A stretch of 64,000 nt of DNA from Eledone cirrhosa (GCA_964016885.1 OZ024755.1:29388001-29452000), one strand, 5' to 3'; numbered from the stretch's first letter, positions 27,694 to 43,792 are shown. A program made the numbers and translations. Notes: a model not told the origin generated them from the letters alone.

Positions 27694-27880
27694 AATATGG
27701 TTTTATAAATATAGTTTCCATTTGTTTAATATCGTATATCTACTCCAAAACTTGTTGAGTGCTTTATATCAGTTATAAAATATTTACTTACCCAACAATT
27801 TTAAATAAAACTTTTGCATATATATATATATATAACCTAGAGTAGCAGATAGGATATATATGACTCTTTTCATATATATA

Positions 27881-27970
27881 TATATCATAAATCATGTCCT
27901 TAGAATTATTAGATAAAATATAGGGTATATATTTTATCTAATAATTCTAAGGACATGATTTATGATATAT
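27881..27970. repeat. Near-perfect ~40-bp inverted repeat
   Basis: atatcataaatcatgtccttagaattattagataaaatata / tatattttatctaataattctaaggacatgatttatgatat. Confidence 0.85.
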
Positions 27971-28060
27971 TGCACTGATTCTTTAATTTATTAATTCTTC
28001 ATTGAACCACAATGTGACCGGTTGCCACATATATATCTATGACTTTATGTATATGTAAAT

Positions 28061-28104
<44 letters not shown>

Positions 28105-28528
28105 TTCTAGTTTAAAATTCTACTTATTTTCTTAAACATCTCAACTGAAAATCATCTACGCTCGCCCTTGAGATGTACAACCTAGCCGACTCATTTTAAT
28201 GACATAAACCTGGTATATGATATTCTTTCGGCTAAACGTATGAGTAACTTGAAGCTCTTATCCAAATTGTATCAACGGATTTAATGTACTTTAGAGAAGA
28301 CCTACAGGGAGATGATATACTTCGAATGAATGACATTTTGTTTCAATTGATATCATCTTAGATTCTTTAAATCTATTTTTTGCCATACAATGGTGAATAC
28401 GATGTACTACATTACATATTTGTGATTCCATTTTCAGTTTATATCCATCGGTTATATTCCCAACTTTTAATATATAGTTAAATTTATGTTGTAGCTTACA
28501 ATAAGTTGACATACTTTCTAATTATATA

Positions 28529-29651
28529 TAGAATGCGTAAGGTACTTGAGGACATGTTCTTTGGTTATTGCTGAATTCTACTAAACATTTTACCATCTTT
28601 TTCATCAGAAAACAATAATGACTGGCACTTAGCTTGCGCAGAAGATGAAAAGCCATCCAGTAATTGTGGCATCAAAGGCTGAGCATAGCGATTTAGAGAA
28701 ATCTTGATTTTTAAAAATCACCAGATCTTTCGTCTACAAAATGTGTAAGGAGTTATAGACTGAAGATGGAAACGTATCAGCAGTATCACAGCTTAAAAAA
28801 AACATTCCAAAAGCTCTGGCATCTTCAGAACACCAGACTTTATCCAGCAAGTTCAGCAGACCATTGAAAATCCATGAGGTCACTTGCAAAAGAATTTCAT
28901 GTATCAGAAGTGTTGTGGGATGAGAAAGGTCAATTTATGTGAGAAAAAAAACCCAAAAGAAAATTGCTTAACCAGATCTAAAAGGCTCTTAAACAAACTT
29001 AAAAATCCAGCAGAAGATGATATGAATTTCTTTTTTCAGACGAGAGTAATTTTGACCGAGATCCGAAATTTAACAATATCATGGTTTTGGGGATTGTCAG
29101 CAATGAAGGACATGTGATGTCTCCTCGCCTTTTTCCACAGAGCCTTAGAATTAATCCGGCTACCTACATTGAAACAGAAGTTGAGCCCTGGATGAGCAGT
29201 GCATGTAACGGAAGGCTTTATATGTTTCAGCAAGACTCGGCACCATCACATAAAGCTCAAGTATTGCAGGAATGGATGGCTGAATATGTTCATAATCCCA
29301 TAACCCCTAATATTTGGCTCTTAACTCCCCAGATCTCATTTCATTTGACAACTACATGTGGAGAGTCGTTGAGAGAGAGAGGTCAATAAACAGCCCCATA
29401 ACACCAAAGATTCTTTAAAAGCCGCCATAGTCAGAGTAATGTCGAATATGAACCGAGACCAGCATGTAGACGATTTCGTTCACACATAGACACAATTATT
29501 GAAGCTTAAGGTGGCTTTATTGAATACAATTATTGAAACCATCATTTATTTTTATGATTATAGCATTTTTCTATAATTAAGATATTATCTGCTATTATAT
29601 AACTGTATTTCTATAAACATAAATATGTCCTCAAATACCTTACGGAAACTG
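28529..29651 (+). mobile_element. Decayed Tc1/mariner-superfamily transposon (DD37D/maT-like)
   Basis: TIRs cgtaaggtacttgaggacat / atgtcctcaaataccttacg with TA flanks; transposase remnants MVLGIVSNEG, YMFQQDSAPSHKA, QEW, NSPDL; many stops and frameshifts. Confidence 0.85.
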
Positions 29652-31399
29652 TAATCACTTTAATGTCAGTCATCGTAAACATTTCAAAATATTAAAGAGA
29701 TTATTTGATATGATATACAAGCAGTTCTTATTGCCTGATGTTGCGTATTCATAATTATACTTATTTTGAAGCTATTTTTTCTTTTATTCTATTGTTAATT
29801 GGTTAGTACTGATGAAAACCTCAGTGGCAGCGATAGTTGAAATTGAAACGGCTAGCGTTTTGATTAATCCATTGGGAATGGACGACTTTTGGAAAAGCAA
29901 GTGTAAGTAGAGAATACCTGTAGGGTATAACATTTCGTACTATGCTCCAGTAGACTAATGACAAGAGTGTGATTTCGTGGAAGTGGTTTGAGAGCAGCCA
30001 GCTCCTGTTATGCATTGTGATGTCAAATGTTGACCACCGTGGATTCCGATTAAGAGTGTAATAATTGAATTTACAGTTATTATAAAAGGAATGATTGCAT
30101 ATGTGTGTTTGCATAAGTGAGTGTGTTTAATTTGTATGGTTTGAGAACTATAAATTTACTATAATTTTGCGATCTACAGAAAACGTTACCCTTTGAATTA
30201 ATGTAAAAGTGACTGAGCATTGGACAGACACGTGTAAACTTAACGAAATGTTTACGGTGATTAAACATGACACTGTTTGTGACGAAGTATGCAACATGAA
30301 TGCCTGGTACAGTCTATGCAATGGGGCTCTAAGAAACTACATTCCACACAGTTTTACTCACAATACTTGGAATGAATCAACGTTATAGCAAATGAAACTA
30401 GCACAAGATATCACAATATGGGATCGAACAGGGGACCTCATGTGGTACAAGCAACTGTTGTTTTACCATTCGATCATACAGCAAACATTGATGCTCTCCT
30501 TGCAGCGGTAGAAATGACAAAAATTCGAGCGATTTCAGGAATTTTATGAAATGCAGCGACTGTCACGTTTGTGAGATTCCAATGCCAGCCAGCCATGTGG
30601 AGTTTCTCAGGGTGCAGGCTAAGATATTTCATGTTGCTATAAAACCTTGAGGATTAACGGCTCTATTGTATTTACTTACGTCTTTCAACGTTATCATTTC
30701 AAGCGTAAATGGTGTTCAGTGTTACTGTCATTTCTTCTGGTTCGATAAAACAAATACCAACTATATAGTATGTAAGGGTTCAATGAATTATTCCCCCGTC
30801 CTATGAATTCACCACCTTCATTCAGCGTTAAAAATAATTACTAGTGAGAGATATGTCAACAAAACCAGAGGGTTGGTGAGAGATGTCTTCTCTTGTGAAG
30901 ATGAGTATAGCTTTCATTACGTAAAATCTCCCCCATTTTGCTTCAATTCTCCCCGCTTTGGGGCACTTTTTTTTATGGTACTCCCTGTTTGGGGTTTTAG
31001 AGTTTGGCAAATCTGTAGTATTGTTGTCAGTTGTGTTCTTTAGGTTAGAATTACTGCTTTTATTAAGACATTGTAGGGTAACTACACTAAAATGTATGAA
31101 AAATTGCTTTGCGAGAGATAGTTACCTATCTTGCGGATCTGGTGACAATAGAGCTTCCAATGTAGGAAAACTATTGCAATAATCCTGCTAAAAGCAAAAT
31201 TAATTGTTTCTACTGTTGGCACGAGATCAGCAATTACCCCAGTGCATTACTGGTATTTATTTTATCGACCCCTTAAGGTGGAATGGCAATGTTATGATCG
31301 GTTGTTGTATTTCATCTCACCTGAACCTTTATATGGATATAAGGTATAAATACTAATTACAAATTTAGATATAACAACAATATATCATGTATAAGTGTG

Positions 31400-31940
<541 letters not shown>

Positions 31941-31943
<3 letters not shown>

Positions 31944-32134
31944 CAAAGGAATTGTGGTAAGGAACCAGATGGACCATAACGCACCAGAGTACTCAATACT
32001 TAGGGTAGTAGAGTGGGAAATAGGAAAAAGTATGACCCCGACGGCAGGGCTCAAGCCGTTTCGACGGCTATTTCTGGACTCCAGAAATAGCCGTCGAAAC
32101 GGCTTGGGCTCTGCCGTCGGGGTCATACTTTTTC

Positions 32135-32136
<2 letters not shown>
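31941..32136. mobile_element. TA-embedded fold-back element, family A
   Basis: Palindrome centred on tggaCtcca. Confidence 0.8.
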
Positions 32137-32172
<36 letters not shown>

Positions 32173-32423
32173 CCATGCAGTGAAACCCATGCTAGTTCCG
32201 TCAACTTATTTTATATATATATATATATCAGAATTTAATATATTTTGCCCCAAGGACCTAATAAAACATGTTTACATTTCGTTTACAAACTTATGAAGTT
32301 GCCCTCTATAGGGCAGAAGGGGTTTGCAATAGAATCGAATTAAAAAAGGGGATTACAATTAAATCGAATAAAACAAATTAACAAAAACAATTTATCAATA
32401 AAATTACAACAACAATAATAATA

Positions 32424-32882
32424 ATTATTATTTCTACTTTAGGCACAAGGCCAGGAAGTTGACGGGAGGGGGAAGTCAAGTAAATCGACTTCAGTGCATT
32501 ACTGGTAGTTTATATTATCGACCCCGTAAGGATGAAAGGCAAAACTAACCTCGGCGGGAATCGAACTCAGAAAAGATAGGGCCGTAACTCTATGCCAGTA
32601 AGCCAGTTGTCCGACACTCTACGGAGACTGCCAATCCAGCACCCTTTTAACAACAACATCAATAATAATAATTATTATTTTTACTTTAGGCACAAGACGA
32701 GCAATTACTCCAGTGTATTACTGGTACTTTATTTTACCGACCCCCGTAAGGATGAAAGGCAAAGTTAACCGCGGCAAGATATGAACTCAGAATGGCAAGG
32801 GCCGAACTCTATGCGTCAAAGCATGACATCCGACCCTCTACCGATACAGCCAATCCACCGCAACAACAACAACAACAACAAC

Positions 32883-32931
<49 letters not shown>

Positions 32932-33118
32932 GTAATAACAATAATAATTGTCTCTATTTTAGGCACAAGGCCAGCAATTACCCAGTGCATTACTGGTACT
33001 TTATTTTATCGACCTCGTAAGGATGAAAGGCAAAGTCAACCTCGGCGGGATTTGAACTCAGATCGTAAAGGGACGTAACTATGCTAGAAAGCATGGCGTC
33101 CGACCCTCTACCGATACT
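32424..33118 (-). mobile_element. Three SINE copies in (AAT/AAC)n
   Basis: Consensus matches at 32424-32645, 32670-32860, 32944-33118. Confidence 0.85.
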
Positions 33119-33120
33119 AC

Positions 33121-33179
<59 letters not shown>

Positions 33180-33194
33180 TAATAATAATAATAA

Positions 33195-33516
33195 ACGAGA
33201 GTGCAAGAGAAGGAAGAGGGAGAAAATTAACCGATACCAGGACTTAAAGTGGGTGGTAAAAAGGATTTGGAACCGCCATGAAGTCAAAGTGATCCCGATT
33301 GTCATAGGCGCACTAGGGACTATCTTAAAGAGTTTCCAGGGATGGTTAAAGAAAATTGGCCCCTTCACGCTTTTTGGAACGCTTCAAAAGGCATGCTTGC
33401 TGGGAACAGCAACAACCCTCCGATACGTCCTGAATATCTGAGGCTGCAGGTAGTGGCTTGATATTCATTTCAACAAACTGTCCAGTTAACTAACATCAAT
33501 GACTGAGACTCAAAGA
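33195..33516 (+). mobile_element. Dong/R4 LINE 3' end inserted in (TAA)n
   Basis: EKINRYQDL...VKVIPIVIGALG...LQKACLLGTA; (TAA)n on both sides, the known Dong target type. Confidence 0.85.
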
Positions 33517-33528
33517 ATAATAATGGTG

Positions 33529-33568
<40 letters not shown>

Positions 33569-33595
33569 TAATAATAACAATAATAATAATGATGA

Positions 33596-33942
33596 TGTTT
33601 CTACTGTTGGCACAAGGTCAGCAATTAGCCCCAGTGCATTAGTGGTACTCTATTTAGGAGGAAAGGGAAAGTTAACCTGGGCGTGATTTGAACACAGAAC
33701 GCAAAGGACCATAACTCTGTGCTGCAAAGCATGGTGCCTGACGCTAATAATAATTGTTTCTACATTTTCGGCACAATGCCAGCAAGTATCCCAGTACATT
33801 ACTGGTACTTTATTTTATCGACCCCGTAAGGATGAAAGGCAAAGTTAACCTCGGCGGGATTTGAACTCAGACTGTAAAGGGACGTAACCATGCTAGAAAG
33901 CATGGCGTCCAACCCTCTACCGATACTGCCAATCCACCGCCC
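33596..33942 (-). mobile_element. Two SINE copies
   Basis: Consensus matches. Confidence 0.8.
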
Positions 33943-34689
33943 TTCGTTAATAATAATATTAATACTGTTGTTGATGATGAGAAATTTTTTGTCATTAATA
34001 AGGCACATACATATATACCATACTTACATATATATATATATATTATCTAAAATAGCATGGGCTTACCTTTGGGGATGAGATGACACAGTAACAGCATACA
34101 TATTAGTGGCGTTACGTTGAACAGCATTTTACTATCTCCGTCGGCTGATGATGTTCCGTTTTTTTTTTATGTAGACATTAATAACTAAACTGTAGTTGTC
34201 AGGTTCTCTGATTTTGTCCCCTTGTGTGTGCCTGATGATGCTGTGTACACAAGGAAATGTCTTATCGATTTGCCTTTCCACAATCCAACAGTTTTGGGTT
34301 TTTTTTTTTTTTAAGTATGTTCTATCTTTGTTTCCTTTCTTTCGTTTGTCTTTATATAGAATGTTTTGTTTGTTTTTTCTATGCAAGTAGGTATATAATT
34401 TTGTTTTTCTTTTAATAAGTGCGTGTTTTCTGTATGTGTGCGTCACTTGTATTGATAGAGTGATCGATAAATATATATAGCTAGAGATAGTTAGAGCAAT
34501 AGACTGATTGACTGATAGATTTATAGACTGATAGACAGATGTGAGCAGAATTCAACAACAAAAGCCAGTTGTTTCTACCTTTAGCGGGACTATTGCAATG
34601 GCTAAACCACGTTGTCGCTGGCTCTTTTTATTGGCATCGTTGGATACAAAAACAAATCAAAATATTAAGACTGACAAAACAAATATTCC

Positions 34690-34726
<37 letters not shown>

Positions 34727-35192
34727 GAAATAATAAAAATAATAATGATATCCTAACAAAAAATCAATAAATAAATAAAAAAAATCTAAACCAAAAGAAA
34801 ATAAAGATAATGTATAATAGAATGAATAAATCAAAGTGGATGTGATGTAGCTAGCTAAACTTGAGGACTTTTGTTACCACGTATCCACCCATATTGTCAC
34901 TCCCTTTTAGAAATCTATATTTAACTCCTCCCACTCCCCACACTTCTATCGCTTCCTTAGACTTCATCCTTTTCTGCAGTCCCTCCCGCCTCTCTCTCTC
35001 TAACTATATCCAGAGTTATCACTCATCATTTTTCACCTCCATACGCCGCCTTCTCTTTCAACGTCTAACACAATTTACTTTTCAGCCCCCTCTCTCTCTC
35101 AAACACTCTCTCTCTCTCTCTCTCTCTCTCGTTCTTCCTTTCTTTCTTTTTTTATTTATCTCTCTTTTTCCTTCTTCTGCCTAACTTTCTTT

Positions 35193-36424
<1,232 letters not shown>

Positions 36425-36647
36425 TGCAATATTAAATGAATGTGTAGAAAAGCGTCGTTAGTTACAGAAACGCAACGGACCAATGAGTGGTTCGTTGCGT
36501 TTTCTGACAGCGGCATGAGTAAGGGAGTGTCATCTATTTGTTGTTCGCCGCATCGATGTTTATATAAATTCACTGAATAATAAGCAAGCACCCACAGACA
36601 CCCACACAAACACACGCAGCCACACCCTCACTTAGCTACAACCACTT

Positions 36648-37010
<363 letters not shown>

Positions 37011-37131
37011 AGGTGAGTTTTATTGTAGTACAATAAAGCAATGCAGATATCGGATAAGAAGCACTCTGCAATTTGTAAGACTGGAGTATACATAATATAT
37101 AAGATCAAAAGATGGTTAAAGGAGTTCCATG

Positions 37132-37202
37132 TATTTTATTATGCGCATTTCAAAAACAAATATCATCATGCAATAACATTTGTGTTTTCATCAGATAAAA
37201 TA
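37132..37202 (-). ncRNA. Type I hammerhead ribozyme (family B)
   Basis: tattttat CTGATGA aaacacaaatgttatt gcat gatgatatttgttttt GAA ATGCGCAT A ataaaata: perfect 8-bp stem I, palindromic stem III. Confidence 0.85.
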
Positions 37203-37275
37203 AGAGGATATGATATGAAGGTTAAAAAAACTGCACTATCCACAAGTGTTTTTTAACCTTCATATCATGTCCTCC

Positions 37276-37346
37276 TATTTTATTTGATGAAAACACAAAT
37301 GTTATTGCATGATGATATTTGTTTTTGAAATGCGCATAATAAAATA
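37276..37346 (+). ncRNA. Hammerhead (family B), inverted partner with C3>U
   Basis: Identical to 37132-37202 except TTGATGA. Confidence 0.7.
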
Positions 37347-37374
37347 CATGGAACTCATTTAACCATCTTTTGAT

Positions 37375-37443
<69 letters not shown>

Positions 37444-37603
37444 GTGTGTAGATGTGTGTGCTTGAGACTGTGTGTTTGTAAGTATGTGTTGGGATGTGTA
37501 CAAACAAATTATTTAATCACTTTATCAGACACACATGTATGTATATGTATATTTTATGTTTGGATTTATTATGTGTGTGAGTCAACGTGTATTATTATGT
37601 ATG

Positions 37604-37644
<41 letters not shown>

Positions 37645-37699
37645 CAAGACTGGAATTGAACCATCAGCACTGTTGAGGTATGTCATACATCGATTTATG

Positions 37700-37765
37700 T
37701 ATTTTATCTGATCAGGACGTACTGAAAACACAGCACAGTACCTCCGAAATGTATATAATAAAACA
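37700..37765 (+). ncRNA. Hammerhead with G8>C variant core
   Basis: tattttat CTGATCA ggacgtactg...cagtacctcc GAA ATGTATAT A ataaaa; stem II 9/10 bp. Confidence 0.65.
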
Positions 37766-37807
37766 TATATTTTGATTACGTGAAGGTCTCCATTTATTAA
37801 TATTTTG

Positions 37808-37838
<31 letters not shown>

Positions 37839-37842
<4 letters not shown>

Positions 37843-38038
37843 AACAAGACCCCGACGGCTGAGCTCAAGCCGTTTCGACGGCTAATTCTGTACTGAATTT
37901 CAGTACAGAATTAGCCGTCGAAACGGCTTGAGCTCAGCCGTCGGGGTCTTACTTGTTCCTATTACCCACTCTACTACCCTAAGTATTGAGTACTTTGGTG
38001 CGTTATGGTCCACCTGGTTCCTTACCACATTTCATTCG

Positions 38039-38040
<2 letters not shown>
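37839..38040. mobile_element. TA-embedded fold-back element, family A
   Basis: Palindrome centred on ctgaaTttcag. Confidence 0.8.
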
Positions 38041-38084
<44 letters not shown>

Positions 38085-38088
<4 letters not shown>

Positions 38089-38264
38089 GTTTCTACTTTT
38101 TGGCACAAGGCCAGCAATTATTCCAGTATATTACTGGTACTTTATTTCATCGACCCCGTAAGGATGCAAGGCAAAGTTAACCTCGTCTTTGATTTGAACT
38201 CAGACCGCAAAGGGACGTAACTATGCTGGAAAGCATGGCGTCGACCCTCTACCGATGCTGCCAC
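38085..38264 (-). mobile_element. SINE
   Basis: Consensus match. Confidence 0.85.
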
Positions 38265-38834
38265 ATATAATGGCTGCAATTCGATTTCGAGTAAAGCCAT
38301 GGCTTGATACTTAAGCATGAGCATCACGGACGTGACTTTTTAGTCCTGTTAGGGGCGTACCTATGGCAACCCATGTCATGTATCGCCAGAAATGTGACAT
38401 ATCGGGGGATGCCTGTACTTGAAGCTTCTTTAAGTCAAGAAAGGCTTAGCAAGAGGTCAATCCCACACTCTGAACATCGAATACATTTACACAAGAAGAA
38501 CTGGTCTACATCATTGGATACAAACGAAGTCTCAAATTTTATATCAGAGTGACCTTCTCCCAGAGAGATGTCTTAATGAAGACTAGGAGGTCTCTCCCTC
38601 CACGAAAAAAGATAAAAACATTTAGTAGATGGCCATAGACTCTCATGAATTCTTCCATCCTGGTTTTGTTTTTCATCCCACAGGGTGTCCAAATTCACCA
38701 TCGTCACCAAGAAAGCAAGCTTAGTGGGGTTGCCGGTTTAGTCGCTAACGACCCGACCATGTAAAAGTTGTAGTGGGTTACATAGTGCTGAAGTATGGAC
38801 CTGATATAAATATCTATATAAATATATATATATA

Positions 38835-38976
38835 TAGGAACAAGTATGACCCCGACGGAAGAGCTCAAGCCGTTTCGACGGCTATTTCTGGAGTCCGTTA
38901 CCCACTCTACTACACTAAGTATTGAGTACTTTAGTGCGTTATGGTCCATCTGGTTCCTTACCACAATTCCTTCGTT
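38835..38976. mobile_element. Family A element, rearranged
   Basis: One arm plus the 3' tail ttacccactctactacactaag. Confidence 0.7.
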
Positions 38977-39148
38977 ATATATATATATATATATTGTTAT
39001 ACTTTGGGAGGGTCATGTTGCCAATAAGAAACACACGCACCAGTTGCTTTCACTTCAATTTATTATAATAAATTTATAAATTTAGGAATTTATAAATTTC
39101 CGGTTGGTTGGTTGGTTGGTTCCACAACCAGATGGTTGTTTATATATT

Positions 39149-39191
39149 GTCAAAGTTCTTTCGTCACACATTCTGTGACCTCTTCAGTGAC
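39149..39191 (-). ncRNA. Minimal type I hammerhead ribozyme in the PLE 3' UTR
   Basis: gtca CTGAAGA g gtcaca gaatg tgtgac GAA AGAACT T tgac; same strand as the PLE ORF, ~200 nt after its stop. Confidence 0.82.
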
Positions 39192-39393
39192 TGGGGGTTC
39201 TTTTCTTTGTTTTTTGTGCCTCTCCTTTGTTCTGTCCTACGCCATCTTGTTTTTGTGTGTGTGTTGTGTGCTTAGTTTGCGCATGTGTTACATCCGGGTG
39301 TCTGTGTGTGTTTATATTCGTTTATTTATTTGTTTATTTATCTGTTACTGGTTGGTTGTTTGTTCTATGTGCGTGTGTGTTTTCATTTTGTCC

Positions 39394-40284
39394 TTAATTG
39401 TAAGTTGTGATGTTGCTGTTCCACTCATGTTTTCTATTTAATTTTGGTTGTAATTCATTTATGTTTATTGCCTCTGTGATTTGTCTAAACATTGCGTCTT
39501 TTCTGTGTTTAGATTCTATTTTTATTTCTATGTTCTCTAATTTACCCTTATGTTCTATTTTAGCATGTTGGTAGAGTACAGATGATTCTTTACTATCTTG
39601 AAGGTCTCGCCAGTGTTCATTTATCCGTTCCCCTATACTACGAGCTGTTTCACCTATGTACACTATATTTTTATCTCTACATTGTCCTTCAGTACATCTT
39701 ATGCTATATACTACATTTCTAGTTTTACAGTTAATATGGGGGCTTAATTTACAGATTATACATTTCTTATCTATACAGGGAGGTCTTTGAAAAGGGTATG
39801 TCTTGCTAATAACTGTTTTTATGGAAGTACCTGGTCTTTCTACTATCTTAATATTGAGTTTATGTTTATCTAGGGCCCTTCTAAATTTGTAAGCTAATTC
39901 ACCTCTAGGGGTTGTATCGATGAACATTACACTCTGGTATTTATTGCTATCATACCATGAGTTTATTCTATTAGCCTTATTCCTAGTTCTTTCTATTCTA
40001 TTCCAAAATTTGCTCCTATGCAAGGGGTAGGTCCCATTTGTGTCATTATTTACCATTTTTTCCCATTTGGTTCTGGCTCCTATATACACTCTGATTGTAT
40101 CTCTCTGATTGTAACCAGAGAACTGCATACGGTGGATGAAGTGTTGTATGTGTCTCTCTAGTTCTTCGGGGTTGCACATGCGGGACACGTTTCTCATCAC
40201 GCGTACCAAATCCGCAATCAGTATGTTGATTTTGGTATGGTCCGAAACAGCTAAGTTTCGGTGGATCAGATATTTGGAAGTCAT
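39394..40284 (-). pseudogene. PLE thumb/linker + GIY-YIG endonuclease ORF segment
   Basis: 296-aa open segment with CxxC linker and YIGET motif. Confidence 0.85.
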
Positions 40285-40700
40285 GGGTTTGGCATAATGA
40301 GAATGGAGGATTTGTTTTTTGTTATTAATGGTATCTAACCAGAGCTATGTGTCTAGTACAGGTAATCGATGGTTGGGGTGTTTGCTTGGGTAGTCTATAG
40401 TAACTCTAATACTTTGCTGGATGCTTTCCATTGTGTTTTTCTCTAATTCCTGACTGTTCTCTAGTGAGGGTGTTTTAACTACGATGTTTATATCATCAAC
40501 ATAGCGGGAGTACATTATCAGGGTTAAGGGGTCTTCTAATTGTTCTTTAAGTTTAAGTTCAAGACTACTGCCCCACTATACCATGAATAAGTTAGCTATG
40601 TCGCCTGCAATGCTAACACCAATGGCTGCTCCCTCCTCCTGGGCATATGTTTCAACACACGTTTTCAGATAAAGAATCTTGCTAAACAAGTTCAGAAACG

Positions 40701-40747
<47 letters not shown>

Positions 40748-40836
40748 TTAAAAAACAAAAAAAGCTATAACAATGACGAAGGGTGCAATGCAAACAGAGT
40801 TAGCATTAGGTTCACGCTCGATGGTGGAGGGGTGGA

Positions 40837-40866
40837 CGAGGTTTCGGGCATAAACCCTTCATCAGG
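40837..40866 (-). ncRNA. Minimal hammerhead-like motif
   Basis: c CTGATGA a ggg tttatg ccc GAAAC cTC g; stem III ACCT (one change from ACGT); stem I only 1 bp. Confidence 0.55.
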
Positions 40867-41074
40867 AAAAAAGTTGGAAGGAAAAGAGTGTCGAGGGTGT
40901 GAGGGGGAGTGGTGGAAAAACATTAAAAGTGGAAAGAAAAAAAATTAAAATGAGGGTAAAAGAATTAAAATGAAAACAAGTGGTGAAATGGAGTGAGGCG
41001 TGTGGGTGGGGGGTGTATGGAGGGGGAGAGGGGAGAAGGAGACAGGGGGTCCGAGCGGAGAGGGCGGAAGGTGG

Positions 41075-41261
41075 TGTATGTGTGTAGGTGTATATATATA
41101 TATATATGTGTGTGTGTATGCGTGTGTAAGTGTATATATATATACTGTATATGTATGTGTGTGTAGCTTTATATATATATATATACATAAACATAAGTGT
41201 GTGTGTATGTGTGTGTAAGTATGTGTGAGTGAGTGTAGGTATATATATGTGTGTGTGTATA

Positions 41262-41331
<70 letters not shown>

Positions 41332-41415
41332 TGTGTGTGTGTGTGTAGGTATATATGTATATATATAAACATAAGTGTGTGTATGCGTGTGTGTGTGTGT
41401 ATATATATATGTAGG

Positions 41416-41448
<33 letters not shown>

Positions 41449-41453
41449 CTAGG

Positions 41454-41492
<39 letters not shown>

Positions 41493-41509
41493 CTAGGTAT
41501 ATATATATA

Positions 41510-41541
<32 letters not shown>

Positions 41542-41542
41542 A

Positions 41543-41581
<39 letters not shown>

Positions 41582-41951
41582 GAATGTGTGTGTGTGTGTG
41601 TGGGGGGGGGGGGGGTCTCGGTGAGGTATATATATCCACTGTGGTGTATGTCTCTTGTATTCTACTCAACACATATCGATCAAACTAAGCTGTAACTTCA
41701 CCAGATCCTTGGTTAGTCTCAGTACTACAGGGAAATAACATGAAGATATGCGCTGGCGTAAAGGAATTTTCTAAACTACTCAGACTCTTAATCATTTACG
41801 AGTGCATCAGTATGTATGTATGTATAAATGCATGTATGTATATATGAATGTATGTGTATACGTATATATTTATATATAGATGCATATGTTTACGTATATT
41901 ATATATACATATAGTATATATATATCATATAAATATATATCAATATATATA

Positions 41952-41993
<42 letters not shown>

Positions 41994-42206
41994 ATATATA
42001 TTGATATATTTACATATATATATATATATAGTATATATATATATATAATACAATATATATTGATTTATTTACCATATATATATATAGTATATATAATATA
42101 TATATATAATATAATATATATTGATATATTTAGATATATATGTATATATATTATATATATATACTCATATATTTACATATATACATATAGTATATATATA
42201 TTATAT

Positions 42207-42251
<45 letters not shown>

Positions 42252-42410
42252 CATATACATATTATATATATATATATATTATATAATATATATACATATA
42301 TTATATAACACACATATATATATATTATCTATCTATCTATATATCTATATATATCTATATTTATATTTAGATAGAGAGATAGATAATATATATTCACATA
42401 TATATTTATC
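41075..42410. repeat. TA/TG-rich low-complexity tract
   Basis: Direct observation. Confidence 0.9.
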
Positions 42411-42674
42411 TATATGTGTTTATGTATGTCTACGTGTGGTTCTATATATATTGATGTGCATAAAAGAATCCATAGCCAGACTCATACAATAACATACACA
42501 CACGTACACATGCATACACCCACGCACACATGCATACACCGACGTACACCTAAAAGAGGTGACCTCCATCAGCACACTGATGCTAGCATCCACGATTTAC
42601 CAACTCTACACGCCGGAGTGCTAGCCTAACTATCACAGCCAACGCCAAATTTGTTTTTTCTACACCCCGCCCTA

Positions 42675-42714
<40 letters not shown>

Positions 42715-42720
42715 TTTATG

Positions 42721-42796
<76 letters not shown>

Positions 42797-42977
42797 AGGA
42801 GGTGAGTTTTATTGTAGTACAATAAAGCAATGCAGATATCGGATAAGAAGCACTCTACAGTTTGTAGGACTGGAGTATACATAATATATAAGAACAAAAG
42901 ATGGTTAAAAGAGTTCATATGTTTATTAAAACTGCACTATCCACTAGTGTTTTTTTAACCTTCATATCATGTCTTCC

Positions 42978-43048
42978 TATTTTATCTGATGAAAACACAA
43001 ATATTATTGCATGATGATATTTGTTTTTGAAATGCCCATAATAAAATA
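42978..43048 (+). ncRNA. Type I hammerhead ribozyme (family B)
   Basis: tattttat CTGATGA aaacacaaatattattgcatgatgatatttgttttt GAA ATG cc CAT A ataaaata. Confidence 0.8.
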
Positions 43049-43690
43049 CATGGAACTCTTTTAACCATCTTTTGTTCTTTATATATATATATATATATTA
43101 TATATATATATATATATATAGATAGACGGAAAAAATGAAACGAAATTTCATTTCCCACTCTTAGTACTCTGTCACTTAAATATAAGTATGTATACGTACA
43201 TACAGATATGTATACAGACGCACAGTAGTATATATATATATATATATATATACATACATGCACGCATAGATATATGCACGTATGGATTATATATATATAT
43301 AGAATGGATATACGTATGGATAATATATATATTTATATTATATATATATATTATATATATAAAATATATATATAATATATATATATAATATATGTATATA
43401 ATATATATATATAATATATGTATATAATTATATATATATAATATATGTATATAATATATGTATATAATATATATTATATATATATATATAATATATATAT
43501 ATATATTATATATATATATTATTATATATATATATTATATATATAATATATATATAATATATATATAATATATATATATATATTATATATATATATATTA
43601 TATATATATATTATATATATAATATATATATAATATATATATAATATATATATATAACATATATATATAATATATATAATAATATATATA

Positions 43691-43733
<43 letters not shown>

Positions 43734-43740
43734 ATATATA

Positions 43741-43792
<52 letters not shown>

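Larger units (their letters stand above)
38993..40647 (-). mobile_element. 5'-truncated Penelope-like element (RT C-terminus + GIY-YIG endonuclease + 3' UTR with HHR)
   Basis: QEEGAAIGVSIAGDIANLFM, MYSRYVDDINI, IDYPSKHPNHRLPVLD; ORF 39394-40284 has NVVYSIRC, YIGETARSIGERINEH, RQITEAINI..PKLN. Confidence 0.92.

Noticed and set aside
28760-28780. CTGAAGA-TG-GAAACGTA as a hammerhead
   Set aside because: No stem II; lies within transposase coding remnants.
29807-29902. Possible small exon ending at GTAAGT
   Set aside because: Weak acceptor, phase 1-1 incompatible with the two candidates, no recognisable motif.
34232-34261. CTGATGA...GAAATGTC
   Set aside because: No stem I, and a competing hairpin cttgtgt/acacaag.
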